Below are positions 38,408 through 48,281 of a DNA stretch of 64,000 nt, in pieces. The stretch is from an uncultured Pseudomonadota bacterium (GTDB lineage: Bacteria; Myxococcota_A; Polyangia; Fen-1088): contig CAWKBC010000017.1 in assembly GCA_963847705.1 (NCBI GenBank), positions 96,001 through 160,000 on the forward strand. Reading direction: 5' to 3'. Position numbers and translations under genes: made by a program. The notes beneath the pieces are model-generated. The model was not told the origin of the DNA and searched no databases. It saw only the letters and a program-made list of their open reading frames with translations. How positions within the stretch are numbered: the first letter of the stretch is position 1; every line of letters begins with the position of its first letter.

Positions 38408-40507
38408 ATGGGAATCGCAAGCGCGCGTCGCGCCCCGCCTGAGCTGGTCTGCCTCGCGCTCGCGGCGCTCGCTTTGGGGGGGGCCGGGGCCTGCCGGCGG
38501 CGGTATCAGCCACCCGCACCGGAGGCGCCGGTGGTCCCGGTGGCCGCGGCGGCGCGCCTGGCGGGGCAGGTCGTCGACGGACGCGCCCGCCCCGTCCCCG
38601 AGGCGCGGGTGCTGGCGTTCCGCATCACCGACGGAGGATTCGCCGGCCGCAATCTGGGAAGCGCCACCGCCGACCTCGAGGGACACTTCTCCCTGGATGG
38701 CCTGGCCCCCGGGAGCTATCGCGTGCTGGTGGAGGCGGCCGGCTTTCCCGCGGCCGAGACCTCACCCGTGACCGCGCCCGCGGCGGAGCTGGTCCTCCGC
38801 GTCGCCGGCGCGGGACGATCGATCTCCGGCCGGGTGACGCGTTCGCCGAACGATCCGGTCGCGGGCGCGCGGGTGGCGCTGGGTGCTGAGGGGGGAGGCC
38901 CGGGACGCGAGACCGTCAGTCGCGCCGACGGCCGGTTTGCGTTCAGCGGCCTCGGCGACGGGACGTACGCCCTCCGCGCGCTCCTCGGTGACGAGGCCTC
39001 GGCGACGGTTCGAGGAGTCTCTGCGGGTCGCGACGGCGTCACGATTCCCCAGCCCCTGGTCCTCGGGCGGGGCGCCAGGATTGGCGGGCGGCTCGTCCAG
39101 GACACCGGCGCCGGCCTGGCCGGATTCGAGGTGCGCGCCGAATCTTCCGCGCTGCCGCCCGGCGACGATCCGCTGCCGCTGGTCGCGCAAGCCGACCAGG
39201 CGGGCGGGTTCACGCTCGGGCCGCTGGCGGCCGGCGGCTACCGGGTGACCGCGGCGCGGGCAGGCTACGTCCTGCGCCGTGCGCCCACCGTGACGCTCGC
39301 GGCGCGCGACGGCGGTGAGGTGGTCGTCGACCCCGCGCGCGGCGAGACGCCGCCCCTCCGGCTCGAGCTCCTGCGCGGTGCGCGGGTGGCGGGGCAGGTG
39401 ACCGATGCGCGGGGCGCTCCCGCCGCGTCGGCGCACGTGCGCTGCGTGGCGAGCGCCATGGATGATCTGACGGTCGAGGCCGGGCCGCTGCCGCTGGCGG
39501 CCGAGGCAGCCGCGCTCCCCTCGGGCGCAGGACGGTCGCTGGGCAGCACCCGGAGCGCGATCGCCGATGCCCGCGGTCGGTTCACCGTCGACGATCTGCT
39601 CCCGGGCCGCTACCGCGTCGAGGTGGCGCACGCGGGCTCGGAGCCGCTGCTGACCGACGAGCTCACCTTGGCGCCGGGCGAGCGGCGCGAGCTCGGGGCG
39701 CTGGCGCTCCGCGACGGGTTCCCGATCGAGGGGCGTGTCATCGACGACAGCGGGTCTCCGATCGAAGAGGCGCGCGTCGCCGGCGGCGGCGGCGATTCCG
39801 GCCTCTCCGCGGTGACCGACGGGGCCGGTTCGTTTTCGCTCGCGCTTCCCGCCGGACACCACCGTCTGACGGCGAGCGCGCCCGGCCACGGCGCCGCCAG
39901 CACCGAGGTGGACGTGCGGCCGGGCGCCCCCTCCCCGGCGATCACGCTGCGGCTGGCGCGCGCCGAGGCGATCCTCGAGGGGCTGGTCCGCGACACCGGT
40001 GGGCGTCCGCTCGGGCGCGCGCGCCTTCTGGCCTGGCCGCGTGAGGGCGGCCAGGGGAGCGGCGGCGACCCTGCCACGTCGCTCGGGAGCACCTCGGCCG
40101 ACGTGGGCGGACACTTCCGGATGCCCGATCTCCCGGCAGGAGAGCTGCGGCTCGAGGTCCAGCACCCCGACTACCCGCGCGTCACGGTGGTCGCGACCCC
40201 GGGACAGTTCGCTTCGCTCACCGTGCCCTTCCCCGGCGGCATCGCGGGCGAGGCGCACGCGCGGGGGACAGGCGCACCGGTGACGCGCGGGCGGATCGAC
40301 GCGGCCGGGCCCGAGGGCGCCAGGGCGAGCGCGGAGCTGCAGCGTGCCGGAGCGTTTCGCCTCCCGCGGCTCGCCCCGGGGCGCTGGCGGCTCAGCGTCT
40401 CGGCGCCCGGATACCGCCCGACGGAGCAGGAGCTGGACGTCCCGCCCAGCGCCAACCTCGGCGAGCCGTCGGTGCGCGATCTGCGCGTCGACCTCGATCC
40501 GGTTTGA
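38408..40507 (+). CDS. Lipoprotein with repeated carboxypeptidase-regulatory-like (Cna-B-like) domains
   Basis: Lipobox GAGA-C; repeated G.V.D..G.P...A.V / DG.F.L..L.PG.Y modules. Confidence 0.82.
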   Translation: MGIASARRAPPELVCLALAALALGGAGACRRRYQPPAPEAPVVPVAAAARLAGQVVDGRARPVPEARVLAFRITDGGFAGRNLGSATADLEGHFSLDGLAPGSYRVLVEAAGFPAAETSPVTAPAAELVLRVAGAGRSISGRVTRSPNDPVAGARVALGAEGGGPGRETVSRADGRFAFSGLGDGTYALRALLGDEASATVRGVSAGRDGVTIPQPLVLGRGARIGGRLVQDTGAGLAGFEVRAESSALPPGDDPLPLVAQADQAGGFTLGPLAAGGYRVTAARAGYVLRRAPTVTLAARDGGEVVVDPARGETPPLRLELLRGARVAGQVTDARGAPAASAHVRCVASAMDDLTVEAGPLPLAAEAAALPSGAGRSLGSTRSAIADARGRFTVDDLLPGRYRVEVAHAGSEPLLTDELTLAPGERRELGALALRDGFPIEGRVIDDSGSPIEEARVAGGGGDSGLSAVTDGAGSFSLALPAGHHRLTASAPGHGAASTEVDVRPGAPSPAITLRLARAEAILEGLVRDTGGRPLGRARLLAWPREGGQGSGGDPATSLGSTSADVGGHFRMPDLPAGELRLEVQHPDYPRVTVVATPGQFASLTVPFPGGIAGEAHARGTGAPVTRGRIDAAGPEGARASAELQRAGAFRLPRLAPGRWRLSVSAPGYRPTEQELDVPPSANLGEPSVRDLRVDLDPV

Positions 40508-40565
40508 GCTCCGTTGTCAGTCCCGGCTGCGCCTCGCCCCCAGGCGCGGCCCGGCCGATGAAAAC

Positions 40566-41501
40566 CTAGTTGCGTTGGGTTCGGCGGCGGCGCGTGACGA
40601 GCGCCAGCCCCACCAGCACGGCCGCCGCCAGTCGGTGCGAAGCTCCCTGGGCCGTGGCGCAGCCGCAGCCGTCGTCGGGCAAGTTCTGCGTGCAGGAGTG
40701 CGGATCGCTCGCGGCGGGATAGATGGCGCAGACGCCGCGCGCGTCGTCGGCCGTGAGGACGCGCTTGGCGATCGATTCCTGATCGATTCGGTACCACATG
40801 ACGGCATCGGCCTCGATCGCGATGCTGGGGTCGGGGTTGGGGGTGCAAATCGGGATCGACTCCTCCCCGCCGTCGGTGCTGGCGGGAGGGTCGCTGTTGT
40901 CGCCCGAATCGCCGCCGGTGCAGGTGTGCGCGAGGCCGAGGAAGTGTCCGAACTCGTGGGTCATCACGGTCTGGAGATCGAAGCGCAGCTGCGCGTGCTC
41001 GGGCGGGGGCGCGCCGGGATCCAGGTTGGCCCAGACGATGTCCGCGGTGGCGGCGTTGATCTCGATGTCGGCGTCGACGATGTGTCCGTTGGGCTCCTTC
41101 GACACCGTGGTGAAGGCCAGCGCCTCGGAGGCTTCTTCCCAGTTCGTGGTCTGGAAGATGATCGAGTTCTTGCCGTCGTTGCCGACGCCCGGGACCGACC
41201 CACCAGCCGCCATCTGCGGCAGGATCTCGAAGAAGGGATGGCCACCGCCCACGTCGGAGGGACAGGTGACGCTGTCGGGCCCCCAGGCGGCGGCCGCTCC
41301 GCCGATCGACTTGGCGACCTCGTCCGGCGTCATCGCGGTGAAGCCGTTCAGATAGATGGTCACGGTCTCGCAGCTCGAGGCCCAGTAGAGCGGATAGCCG
41401 GCCTCACTGGCGCTGCGCAGGTACGCCTGGGCGCTTCGGGCGCAGAGAGACGCCGCGATCGAGAGGCCGGCGAGGACCAGTGCGCGGGGCGCGCCGCTCA
41501 T
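40566..41501 (-). CDS. Matrixin-family (M10-like) metalloprotease with MYXO-CTERM-type tail
   Basis: Signal peptide, DADIEIN, HEFGHFLGLAH, Met-turn (AVM), GCGC-TM-RRRR tail. Confidence 0.88.
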   Translation of the reverse strand: MSGAPRALVLAGLSIAASLCARSAQAYLRSASEAGYPLYWASSCETVTIYLNGFTAMTPDEVAKSIGGAAAAWGPDSVTCPSDVGGGHPFFEILPQMAAGGSVPGVGNDGKNSIIFQTTNWEEASEALAFTTVSKEPNGHIVDADIEINAATADIVWANLDPGAPPPEHAQLRFDLQTVMTHEFGHFLGLAHTCTGGDSGDNSDPPASTDGGEESIPICTPNPDPSIAIEADAVMWYRIDQESIAKRVLTADDARGVCAIYPAASDPHSCTQNLPDDGCGCATAQGASHRLAAAVLVGLALVTRRRRTQRN

Positions 41502-41502
41502 C

Positions 41503-42453
41503 TCAGCGGCGTCCGCCCGCCGTGCGGGCGCGGCGGCGCGCAATCAGGATCGCCGCCAGCAGCGCGAAGGTCGCCGGCGCGCCGGTGTCGCCCGGTCCGC
41601 CCGCCGCCCTGCAGCCGTCGCAGCCACCGTTGCCGTCGGTCCCGGGCGGTGGCGGGGGATGGTTGACCGAGTAGATCGTGCAGACGGCGTTCTGATCGTC
41701 GGGGGCCAGCGTCCGCTTTTGCGTGTCGCCCGGCTGCGCCGAAGGGTACATGGTGGTCGCCTTGACCTCGGGCGAGGCGCTCGTGCAGTCGGGAACCGGC
41801 TGGCCGTTGTTGTCGTCCGGACGCACGCCCGTCGCCGACGACAGCGCGTCGAAGCAGGTGTGGTCGAGCCCGATGAGGTGGCCGAACTCGTGGGTCAGCG
41901 CGTTCTGCAAATCCATGTCGCTGGACAGCTCGGGATCCTCCACCAGGTCAGCCCACTGGTAGTCGACCAGGTTGACCTCGACGTCGGCGTCGTAGATCTG
42001 GCCGGTCTTGGTGTTCGCGGTGTCCGTGGTGACGGCCAATGCCGTGGCGTCATACTCGACGTCGCAACTGCCGTCGGCGGCGATGTGACACCAGAGGCTG
42101 CTGTGAAAGATGAGCGAGTTGTGCCCGTCGTTGACGGCCAGCGGGGTCGGCGCGGTCGAGAGCGCCGGCACGAGCTCGAGGTAGGTGCAGGCGTTGGTCT
42201 GCTCGCTCCAGGCGGCGGCGGCTCCCTGCACGGCGTTGGCGACCTGGGCGATCGTCATGGAGGTCTGGGTGAAGTCGTTGGAGTAGCCGGTGATCGGCAC
42301 GGAGGCCTGTGCCCAGAAGAACGGCTCGCCGTCGTCGGTCAGGTAGCGGACGAACGCCTGGGCCGGGAGGCTGTGGCCGGCCAGGACCGCCACCGCGACG
42401 ACGGCGAGCGCGCTCGCCGAGCGCCGGCGCGTCGTGGCGCTGGCGCGCCTCAT
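41503..42453 (-). CDS. Matrixin-family metalloprotease paralog with MYXO-CTERM-type tail
   Basis: DADVEVN, HEFGHLIGLDH, TTMYP, GGCDGC-TM-RRR tail. Confidence 0.88.
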   Translation of the reverse strand: MRRASATTRRRSASALAVVAVAVLAGHSLPAQAFVRYLTDDGEPFFWAQASVPITGYSNDFTQTSMTIAQVANAVQGAAAAWSEQTNACTYLELVPALSTAPTPLAVNDGHNSLIFHSSLWCHIAADGSCDVEYDATALAVTTDTANTKTGQIYDADVEVNLVDYQWADLVEDPELSSDMDLQNALTHEFGHLIGLDHTCFDALSSATGVRPDDNNGQPVPDCTSASPEVKATTMYPSAQPGDTQKRTLAPDDQNAVCTIYSVNHPPPPPGTDGNGGCDGCRAAGGPGDTGAPATFALLAAILIARRRARTAGGRR

Positions 42454-43010
42454 CGCCCGCCGATCAAGGCCCGGACGTCGCTGCGCAGCTCCGCGAGCGG
42501 CCGCGGCCGCGCTGAGAAGACCAATCCCGAGGCGGGCGTGGTGGGCACGAAGTCGGCCCCGCCGCGGTTGGGGGCGCTCACCATCCAGCGTCCGCTCTCG
42601 CGGCTGACGGGGCGCTTTCCCTGCGCCATTCCGACCACGCTGGCGTGGTCGGCCTTGCCGCGCAGGAACAGCAGCGTCCGCTCACCGCGCTCGAAGTGCG
42701 GCATGCCGTCGATCCGCATCGTCAGCTCACCGACGGTGCCACCCCCCTGCACGATCTGAACGTGCGAGCCCGGCGCCGCCGTCCCTTTCCAGCAGTCGAC
42801 GACGGTGACGTCGATGGTGGTCACGATCCGGTCGTGCTCGGCGTTCCAGGCCGCGGTTGTCGACACGACGTCGACGACCGAGATCTGGTCGGCGCGGGTC
42901 ACCAGCGTCGGCAGATCGAGCGCGAGGATCAGCGAGGCGGAGGCCGGCGACGACATCGCCAGGGCGGCGATCGGCGCAAGCATCGCGATCAGGCGACGCG
43001 AGGGGCGCAT
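42450..43010 (-). CDS. Secreted hypothetical protein co-transcribed with the matrixins
   Basis: Signal peptide, GGTVG..PHF..GE..LLFL..VVGMAQG; ATGA overlap with the protease. Confidence 0.72.
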   Translation of the reverse strand: MRPSRRLIAMLAPIAALAMSSPASASLILALDLPTLVTRADQISVVDVVSTTAAWNAEHDRIVTTIDVTVVDCWKGTAAPGSHVQIVQGGGTVGELTMRIDGMPHFERGERTLLFLRGKADHASVVGMAQGKRPVSRESGRWMVSAPNRGGADFVPTTPASGLVFSARPRPLAELRSDVRALIGGR

Positions 43011-43076
43011 ATGGGGCAATGATACGGCGGAAACGGCAGTTTGTTGAGGCCCCGCCGACCAGCCAGCCCGCTGCAA

Positions 43077-45374
43077 CTACGAAGGGAGTGAGCCGCCGGT
43101 CGGCGCAGGGGGCGTGGGCTGGACAGGCGCGGTCGTCGGGGGCGTGGTCCCGCCGGTGCGGGTGGGGGGGGTGGTGCGAACGTGATATGCGCCACCCGCG
43201 CCCGGCAGCGCCGGTCCCGCCTGGGCCTTCTCGCGGGCGAGCTCCATGAATCGATACTGACTGCGCAGCGGACGCGTGCCCGCCGCGACGGGCGTCACTC
43301 CGTTGAGGCCATTGACGCCGTTGGTCGCGCTCTCCGGCCGGACGCGGACATAGCTGCCGTCGGGGCCGAGCCGCCGCGACTTCACGTTGTCCGTCAGGGC
43401 GATGCCCAGGATCTCGTCGAACACCCGATCGCGCAGCCCCTCGTCTTCGATGGGGAACATCACCTCGACCCGCCGCTGGAAGTTGCGCGGCATCCAGTCG
43501 GCCGACGACAGGTAGACCTCTCGCTTGCCGCCGTTCTCGAAGGAGAAGATGCGCGCGTGCTCCAGGAACCGGTCGACGATGCTGGTGACGCGGATGTTGT
43601 CGCTCACGCCGGGGACCCCGGGCCGCAGGCAGCAGATGCCCCGGACGATGAGATCGATCGACGCACCGGCCTGCGAGGCGCGGTAGAGCGCCTTGATGAC
43701 CGGGCCGTCGACCAGGGCGTTCATCTTGGCGACGATTCGCCCCCGCGCGCCGAGGGCCGCCTCACGGTCGATGAGCGCGATGAGCCGCTCTTGCAGCCCG
43801 AGCGGCGCGACCGAGAACTTCTTCCAGGACGGAGGCGACGAATAGCCGGTGAGCAGGTTGAACAGCGCCCCGGCGTCGTCCGCGTAGGCGTCGCGCGCCG
43901 TGAAATAGGAGAGATCACCGTACACGCGCGCCGTCGACGGGTTGTAGTTGCCGGTCGACAGGTGGACGTAGCGCTTGATCCGGTTCCCCTCGCGCCGCAC
44001 CACCAGCGCCACCTTGCAGTGGGTCTTGAGGCCAATGAGCCCGTAGACCACGTGCACCCCGGCGTCCTCCAGCGTGCGCGCCCACTGGATGTTGGGCGCC
44101 TCGTCGAAGCGGGCCTTCAGCTCCACGACCGCGGTCACCTGCTTGCCGTTCTCGGCGGCGCGGATCAGCGCGCGGATGATCGCCGAGTCGGCGCTGGTCC
44201 GGTAGAGCGTCTGCTTGATGGCCAGCACGTTGGGATCGTCGGCCGCCTCGGAGATGAACTCGACCACGTCCTCGAACGACTCGTAGGGATGCTGGAGGAG
44301 CACGTCGCGCTGGGCGATGACGCGGAAGATGTCGTCGTACTCCTGGAGCGGCGGGACGATCTGCGGCGAGAAGGGCTCGTCCTTGTACTCGCGGAGATCC
44401 TCGCGCGAACAGATGGACATGAAGTCGGCCAGGTGCAGGGGCCCCTCGAACAGGTAGACGTCGTCCGGCTCGAGGCGCAGCGCCGAGCTCAAGAAGTTGA
44501 CCACCTCGGCGGGGGTGTCGTGCGCGATCTCCAGCCGGACGGCGCTGCCGCGCTCGCGCCGGCGCAGCTCCTTCTGGATCGTCTTCAGGAGGTCATCGGC
44601 CTCGTCCTCGTCGATGGAGAGATCGAAGTTGCGGGTGACGCGAAAGGCGCTGCAGCCGAGCACGCGGAAGCCGGGGAAGAGCTCGCCGGCGTGCATGGTG
44701 ATCAGGTCCTCCAGCAACGTGAACGAAAACTTTCCCGGGCCCGCGACCTCGGTGATGCGCGGGAGCACCGAGGGCACCTGGACCACCGCGACCATCGTCT
44801 CGCGGCGCGCCACCTTCTCCTTCTCGCGGTGCATCAGGATCGCCAGGTTGAGGCTGCGGTTTCGCAGCATCGGAAACGGGTGGTTGGGATCGACCGCCAG
44901 CGGGGTCAGCACCGGCCAGACCTCCTTGGCGAAGTAGGTCGAGAGAGGCGCCTTCTGCTCGGGCGTCAGATCCTGCGCGCGCAGCAGCCGGATTCCCGCC
45001 TCGGCCAGCCCCGGCGCGACCTCGGTCCGCCAGACGCGGTACTGCTCGGCCACCATGGCGTGGGCGCGCGCGCTGATGGCGGAGAGCTGCTCGGCGGCCG
45101 TCAGCCCGTCGGGCGGCGTCTCGGCGACGTTGCCCGAGAGCTGCTGCTTGAGCCCCGCCACGCGGACCATGAAGAACTCGTCCAGGTTCGAGGCGACGAT
45201 GGCCAGGAACTTGAGCCGCTCGACCAAGGGGACCGTGGCGTCGCGCGCCTCCTCCAGCACCCGCTCATTGAACCCGAGCCAGGACAGCTCCCGGTTGATG
45301 AACAGCTTGGCGTTGGCCGGATCGTTGACGACCGGCGGCTTCAGGACAACTTGCTTCCGCGAGCGACGGGCCAC
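43077..45374 (-). CDS. ppk1: Polyphosphate kinase 1
   Basis: NRELSWL, NLDEFFMVRV, HPYESF, IKQTLYR, KTHCK, DRFLEH, SADWMPRN. Confidence 0.97.
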   Translation of the reverse strand: MARRSRKQVVLKPPVVNDPANAKLFINRELSWLGFNERVLEEARDATVPLVERLKFLAIVASNLDEFFMVRVAGLKQQLSGNVAETPPDGLTAAEQLSAISARAHAMVAEQYRVWRTEVAPGLAEAGIRLLRAQDLTPEQKAPLSTYFAKEVWPVLTPLAVDPNHPFPMLRNRSLNLAILMHREKEKVARRETMVAVVQVPSVLPRITEVAGPGKFSFTLLEDLITMHAGELFPGFRVLGCSAFRVTRNFDLSIDEDEADDLLKTIQKELRRRERGSAVRLEIAHDTPAEVVNFLSSALRLEPDDVYLFEGPLHLADFMSICSREDLREYKDEPFSPQIVPPLQEYDDIFRVIAQRDVLLQHPYESFEDVVEFISEAADDPNVLAIKQTLYRTSADSAIIRALIRAAENGKQVTAVVELKARFDEAPNIQWARTLEDAGVHVVYGLIGLKTHCKVALVVRREGNRIKRYVHLSTGNYNPSTARVYGDLSYFTARDAYADDAGALFNLLTGYSSPPSWKKFSVAPLGLQERLIALIDREAALGARGRIVAKMNALVDGPVIKALYRASQAGASIDLIVRGICCLRPGVPGVSDNIRVTSIVDRFLEHARIFSFENGGKREVYLSSADWMPRNFQRRVEVMFPIEDEGLRDRVFDEILGIALTDNVKSRRLGPDGSYVRVRPESATNGVNGLNGVTPVAAGTRPLRSQYRFMELAREKAQAGPALPGAGGAYHVRTTPPTRTGGTTPPTTAPVQPTPPAPTGGSLPS

Positions 45375-45429
45375 GGCGGCGAGCTTACCTTACCGTCACC
45401 CTTCGCGCCCCGGACCGGCGGGGTGAGCG

Positions 45430-46434
45430 CTAATGCGCGTCAGTCAGAAACCCGGTGCGGCGCTCGTGTCCGGGAAAGTTGACCTGGACGGCCCGCCGAT
45501 CGCGACGGTGGCCATGCGCCCGCAGGCGCGCCCCCTTGAGCGTCTCCTCGACCAGATCCTCGAACGACAGCCCGGCGCTGTGCGCGATCTTGGGGAGCAG
45601 GCTCTGCGGCGTCATGCCGGGGAGGGTGTTCACCTCCAGCACGATCTCGTTCCCCTTCTCGCTGACGATGAGGTCGACGCGCGTCGCTCCTTCGCAGCCG
45701 AGCGCCTCGTGGGCCAGCGTCCCCAGCCGCAGCGCCGAGCGGTAACGCTCCGGCGAGAGGCGCGCCGGCAGGTGGTACTCGGTGCGGCCGCTGGTGTACT
45801 TGTTGCGGAAGTCGTAGAAGCCGCGCTTGGGGACGATCTCGACCGCGCCGAGCGGCTTGCCCTCCAGGATGGCGACCGAGATCTCCTTCCCCTCGACGAA
45901 GCGCTCCACCAGGACGTCGTCGTCGAAGCGCAGCGCCTGCTCGACAGCCGCCTCCAGCTCCAGCTCGTCGCGCGCGATCCGGATCCCCAGCGACGAGCCT
46001 TCGCCCGCCGGCTTGACGATCACCGGAAACCCGAACGACCCGTGCAGCTCCAGCAGCTCCTCGCCGCCGTCCGACTGGACGACGTAGCCGGGCGCGGTCG
46101 GCAGGTTGTTCAGCCGGAAGACCTCCTTGGCGCGGACCTTGTTCATTGCCAGCGCCGAGGCCAGCACGCCGGAGCCAGTGTAGGGGATTCCCAGAAGCTC
46201 GAGCAGCCCCTGGATGCAGCCGTCCTCGCCGTAGCGGCCGTGCAGCGCGATGAACGCCACGTCGATGCGCGCCTGCCTGAGCACCATGTCGACGTCGCGG
46301 TCGACGAACAGCGGCCAGGCGTCGTAGCCACGGTCGCTGAGGGCGGCCACCACAGCCTCTCCCGTGCGGATCGAGACGTCCCGCTCCGCCGACAGACCAC
46401 CCATGAGCACACCGATCTTGCGCTGTCCGATCAT
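45430..46434 (-). CDS. ddl: D-alanine--D-alanine ligase
   Basis: GGLSAERDVS, LHGRYGEDG, EGSSLG, YDF..KY, EVNTLPGMT. Confidence 0.95.
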   Translation of the reverse strand: MIGQRKIGVLMGGLSAERDVSIRTGEAVVAALSDRGYDAWPLFVDRDVDMVLRQARIDVAFIALHGRYGEDGCIQGLLELLGIPYTGSGVLASALAMNKVRAKEVFRLNNLPTAPGYVVQSDGGEELLELHGSFGFPVIVKPAGEGSSLGIRIARDELELEAAVEQALRFDDDVLVERFVEGKEISVAILEGKPLGAVEIVPKRGFYDFRNKYTSGRTEYHLPARLSPERYRSALRLGTLAHEALGCEGATRVDLIVSEKGNEIVLEVNTLPGMTPQSLLPKIAHSAGLSFEDLVEETLKGARLRAHGHRRDRRAVQVNFPGHERRTGFLTDAH

Positions 46435-46499
46435 CCTTCACGGGTAACCTTGCTGCGTGCAGGCGTCAAAAAACTTCATCTGTGGTAAAGACGGGCGCC

Positions 46500-48281
46500 A
46501 TGACGTTTCTAGAAGCGGCCCTTGAAGTCCTTCGGCTGGAAGGCAAGCCGCTACATTACAAAGAGCTCACCGAGCGTGTGATCGGGAAGAAGCTCCTCAC
46601 CTTTGTGGGCCGCACGCCCGAAGTCACCATGCAGACCCAGCTCACGGCAGCGGTCAAGAAGGCGCCGGGCAACCCGTTCGTAAGGGTGAAGCCGGGCGTC
46701 TTCGGCCTCCTCCGCTATCCGGAGGTGAGCCCCGAAGAGCGGGCGGCGGCTGCGGCCGCGGCCAAGCCGGCCGAGGAGCCGCCCAAGCGCCCGCGCGCGG
46801 AGGACGAGGCGGCGCCGTCAGGCGACCGGGGCCGGCGGCGGCGCCGGGGCGGACGAGGCCGCGACGGAGCGCGGGACGGCGGACGCGACGAGGCGAGACG
46901 ACCCGCTCCCGGCGCTTCCGCGGGGGCCAGCCACCCGCACGGTCCGACCGATGAAGGCGAGGCCGACGAGCCCACCCACGGCGGCGGCCTCTCGGCCGAA
47001 GCGCGGGCCGCTGCGCTGGCGGAAACGGGCGTCCTGGAAGGCGACGACGACGCAGATGGAGACGAGGAGGTCCCACGCGCGATGGATTCGATGGACCAGC
47101 ACGAAATCGACGAAACCGACGAGGCCGGGGCATCGCCCGCGGCCCCCGGTGCGGGTGCGCCCGCCGACGAGGCAGCCGACCAAGGGGACGAGGACGAGGA
47201 CGAGGGAGAAGAGGGTGCCGCCGAGGCTGGCGCCGAGAAGAGCGAGGCTGGTCCCGATGGACGCCGGCCCGAGGGGGAGCTGGGCCCGGGTCGCCGCCGC
47301 CGTCGTCGTCGCCGTCGCGGCGGGCGTGGCGAAGCCGAAGAGTTCGGCGATTCACCGCGGCCGCCGGCGGGTGAATCGGCGCTCGCGGTCCCTGCGGGTG
47401 ACGCTCCCGGATTTTCCTCGAGCGATCTGTCGACAGGTGGGGCCTCGTCCGGTGACTCGGGCGGCGCTTCGCCGACGTCCGGTTCAGGAGACGGCGGGCA
47501 GGGCCCGCGTCGGATCATGACGCCGGTCGACGCCGCGCTGGAGATCATGCGCGGGCAGGCCCCGGGACGCGGGACCGCGGTCCGCCAGATCGCCGACATG
47601 GCGACGCGGCGGCGGCTGGTGCACGGCGAGCCGAACGAGGCCTGGCGCGTGATGCGCACGGCGCTGGCCGCCGAGCCGCGCGAGCGGCTGCGGGCCGGAA
47701 TGCGGCCCCGTGTCCGGCCGGCGGGCGCGGGCCTCTTCGCGCTGTCGCGCCGTCCGCCCGAGGCGGAGCTGGAGCGCGCCGAGCAGGTGTTCGGCGAGGC
47801 CAAGCGCGCACTGCGCGAGCGGACGCTCGCCTCGCTGGAGCGGCGGTTGAGCGAGCTGCCGGCGTCGGCGTTCGAGGCGGTCACGCGGGTCCTCCTGCAG
47901 CGCGAGGGGTTCGGCCCGGCGACCTTCGTGAAGCGGATCGAGGAGACGGTCTACGTCGAGGCGCTGCGGGGCCGCGGCGGACGCTCGTCGCGCTGCCTCA
48001 TCGGTCTGCGGTTCGGTCCGTCGTCGGGCGGGCGCCGCGCCATCGGCGAGCTGCGCGTCGGGATCGAGAAGCGCGGCCAGGACGAGGGCCTGCTGATGTT
48101 GGCCGGACGTCTGGCCGAGGACGCCATCGCGGCCTGGAAGGCGCCGGGACCGCCGATCGAGATCGCCGACGGGCCCGCGCTGGCCGAGACCTGCATCCGT
48201 CACGGCGTCGGGGTCATCAACGCGATGGTCAGCGTCGACTTCGTCGATGCCGACTTCTTCGCGGAGATCGCCGAGGGGTAG
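46500..48281 (+). CDS. Double HARE-HTH protein with acidic/Arg-rich linker and degenerate Mrr-like C-terminal domain
   Basis: MTFLEAALEVL..PLHYKEL..GRTPEVTM..F...PGVFGL; second copy MTPVDAALEIM..GLFAL; C-terminal AFE..LLQREGF..IADGPALAE. Confidence 0.72.
   Translation: MTFLEAALEVLRLEGKPLHYKELTERVIGKKLLTFVGRTPEVTMQTQLTAAVKKAPGNPFVRVKPGVFGLLRYPEVSPEERAAAAAAAKPAEEPPKRPRAEDEAAPSGDRGRRRRRGGRGRDGARDGGRDEARRPAPGASAGASHPHGPTDEGEADEPTHGGGLSAEARAAALAETGVLEGDDDADGDEEVPRAMDSMDQHEIDETDEAGASPAAPGAGAPADEAADQGDEDEDEGEEGAAEAGAEKSEAGPDGRRPEGELGPGRRRRRRRRRGGRGEAEEFGDSPRPPAGESALAVPAGDAPGFSSSDLSTGGASSGDSGGASPTSGSGDGGQGPRRIMTPVDAALEIMRGQAPGRGTAVRQIADMATRRRLVHGEPNEAWRVMRTALAAEPRERLRAGMRPRVRPAGAGLFALSRRPPEAELERAEQVFGEAKRALRERTLASLERRLSELPASAFEAVTRVLLQREGFGPATFVKRIEETVYVEALRGRGGRSSRCLIGLRFGPSSGGRRAIGELRVGIEKRGQDEGLLMLAGRLAEDAIAAWKAPGPPIEIADGPALAETCIRHGVGVINAMVSVDFVDADFFAEIAEG

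Noticed and set aside
46500-48281. Type IV restriction/defence system
   Set aside because: Catalytic motif not visible, housekeeping neighbourhood, no partner defence genes.
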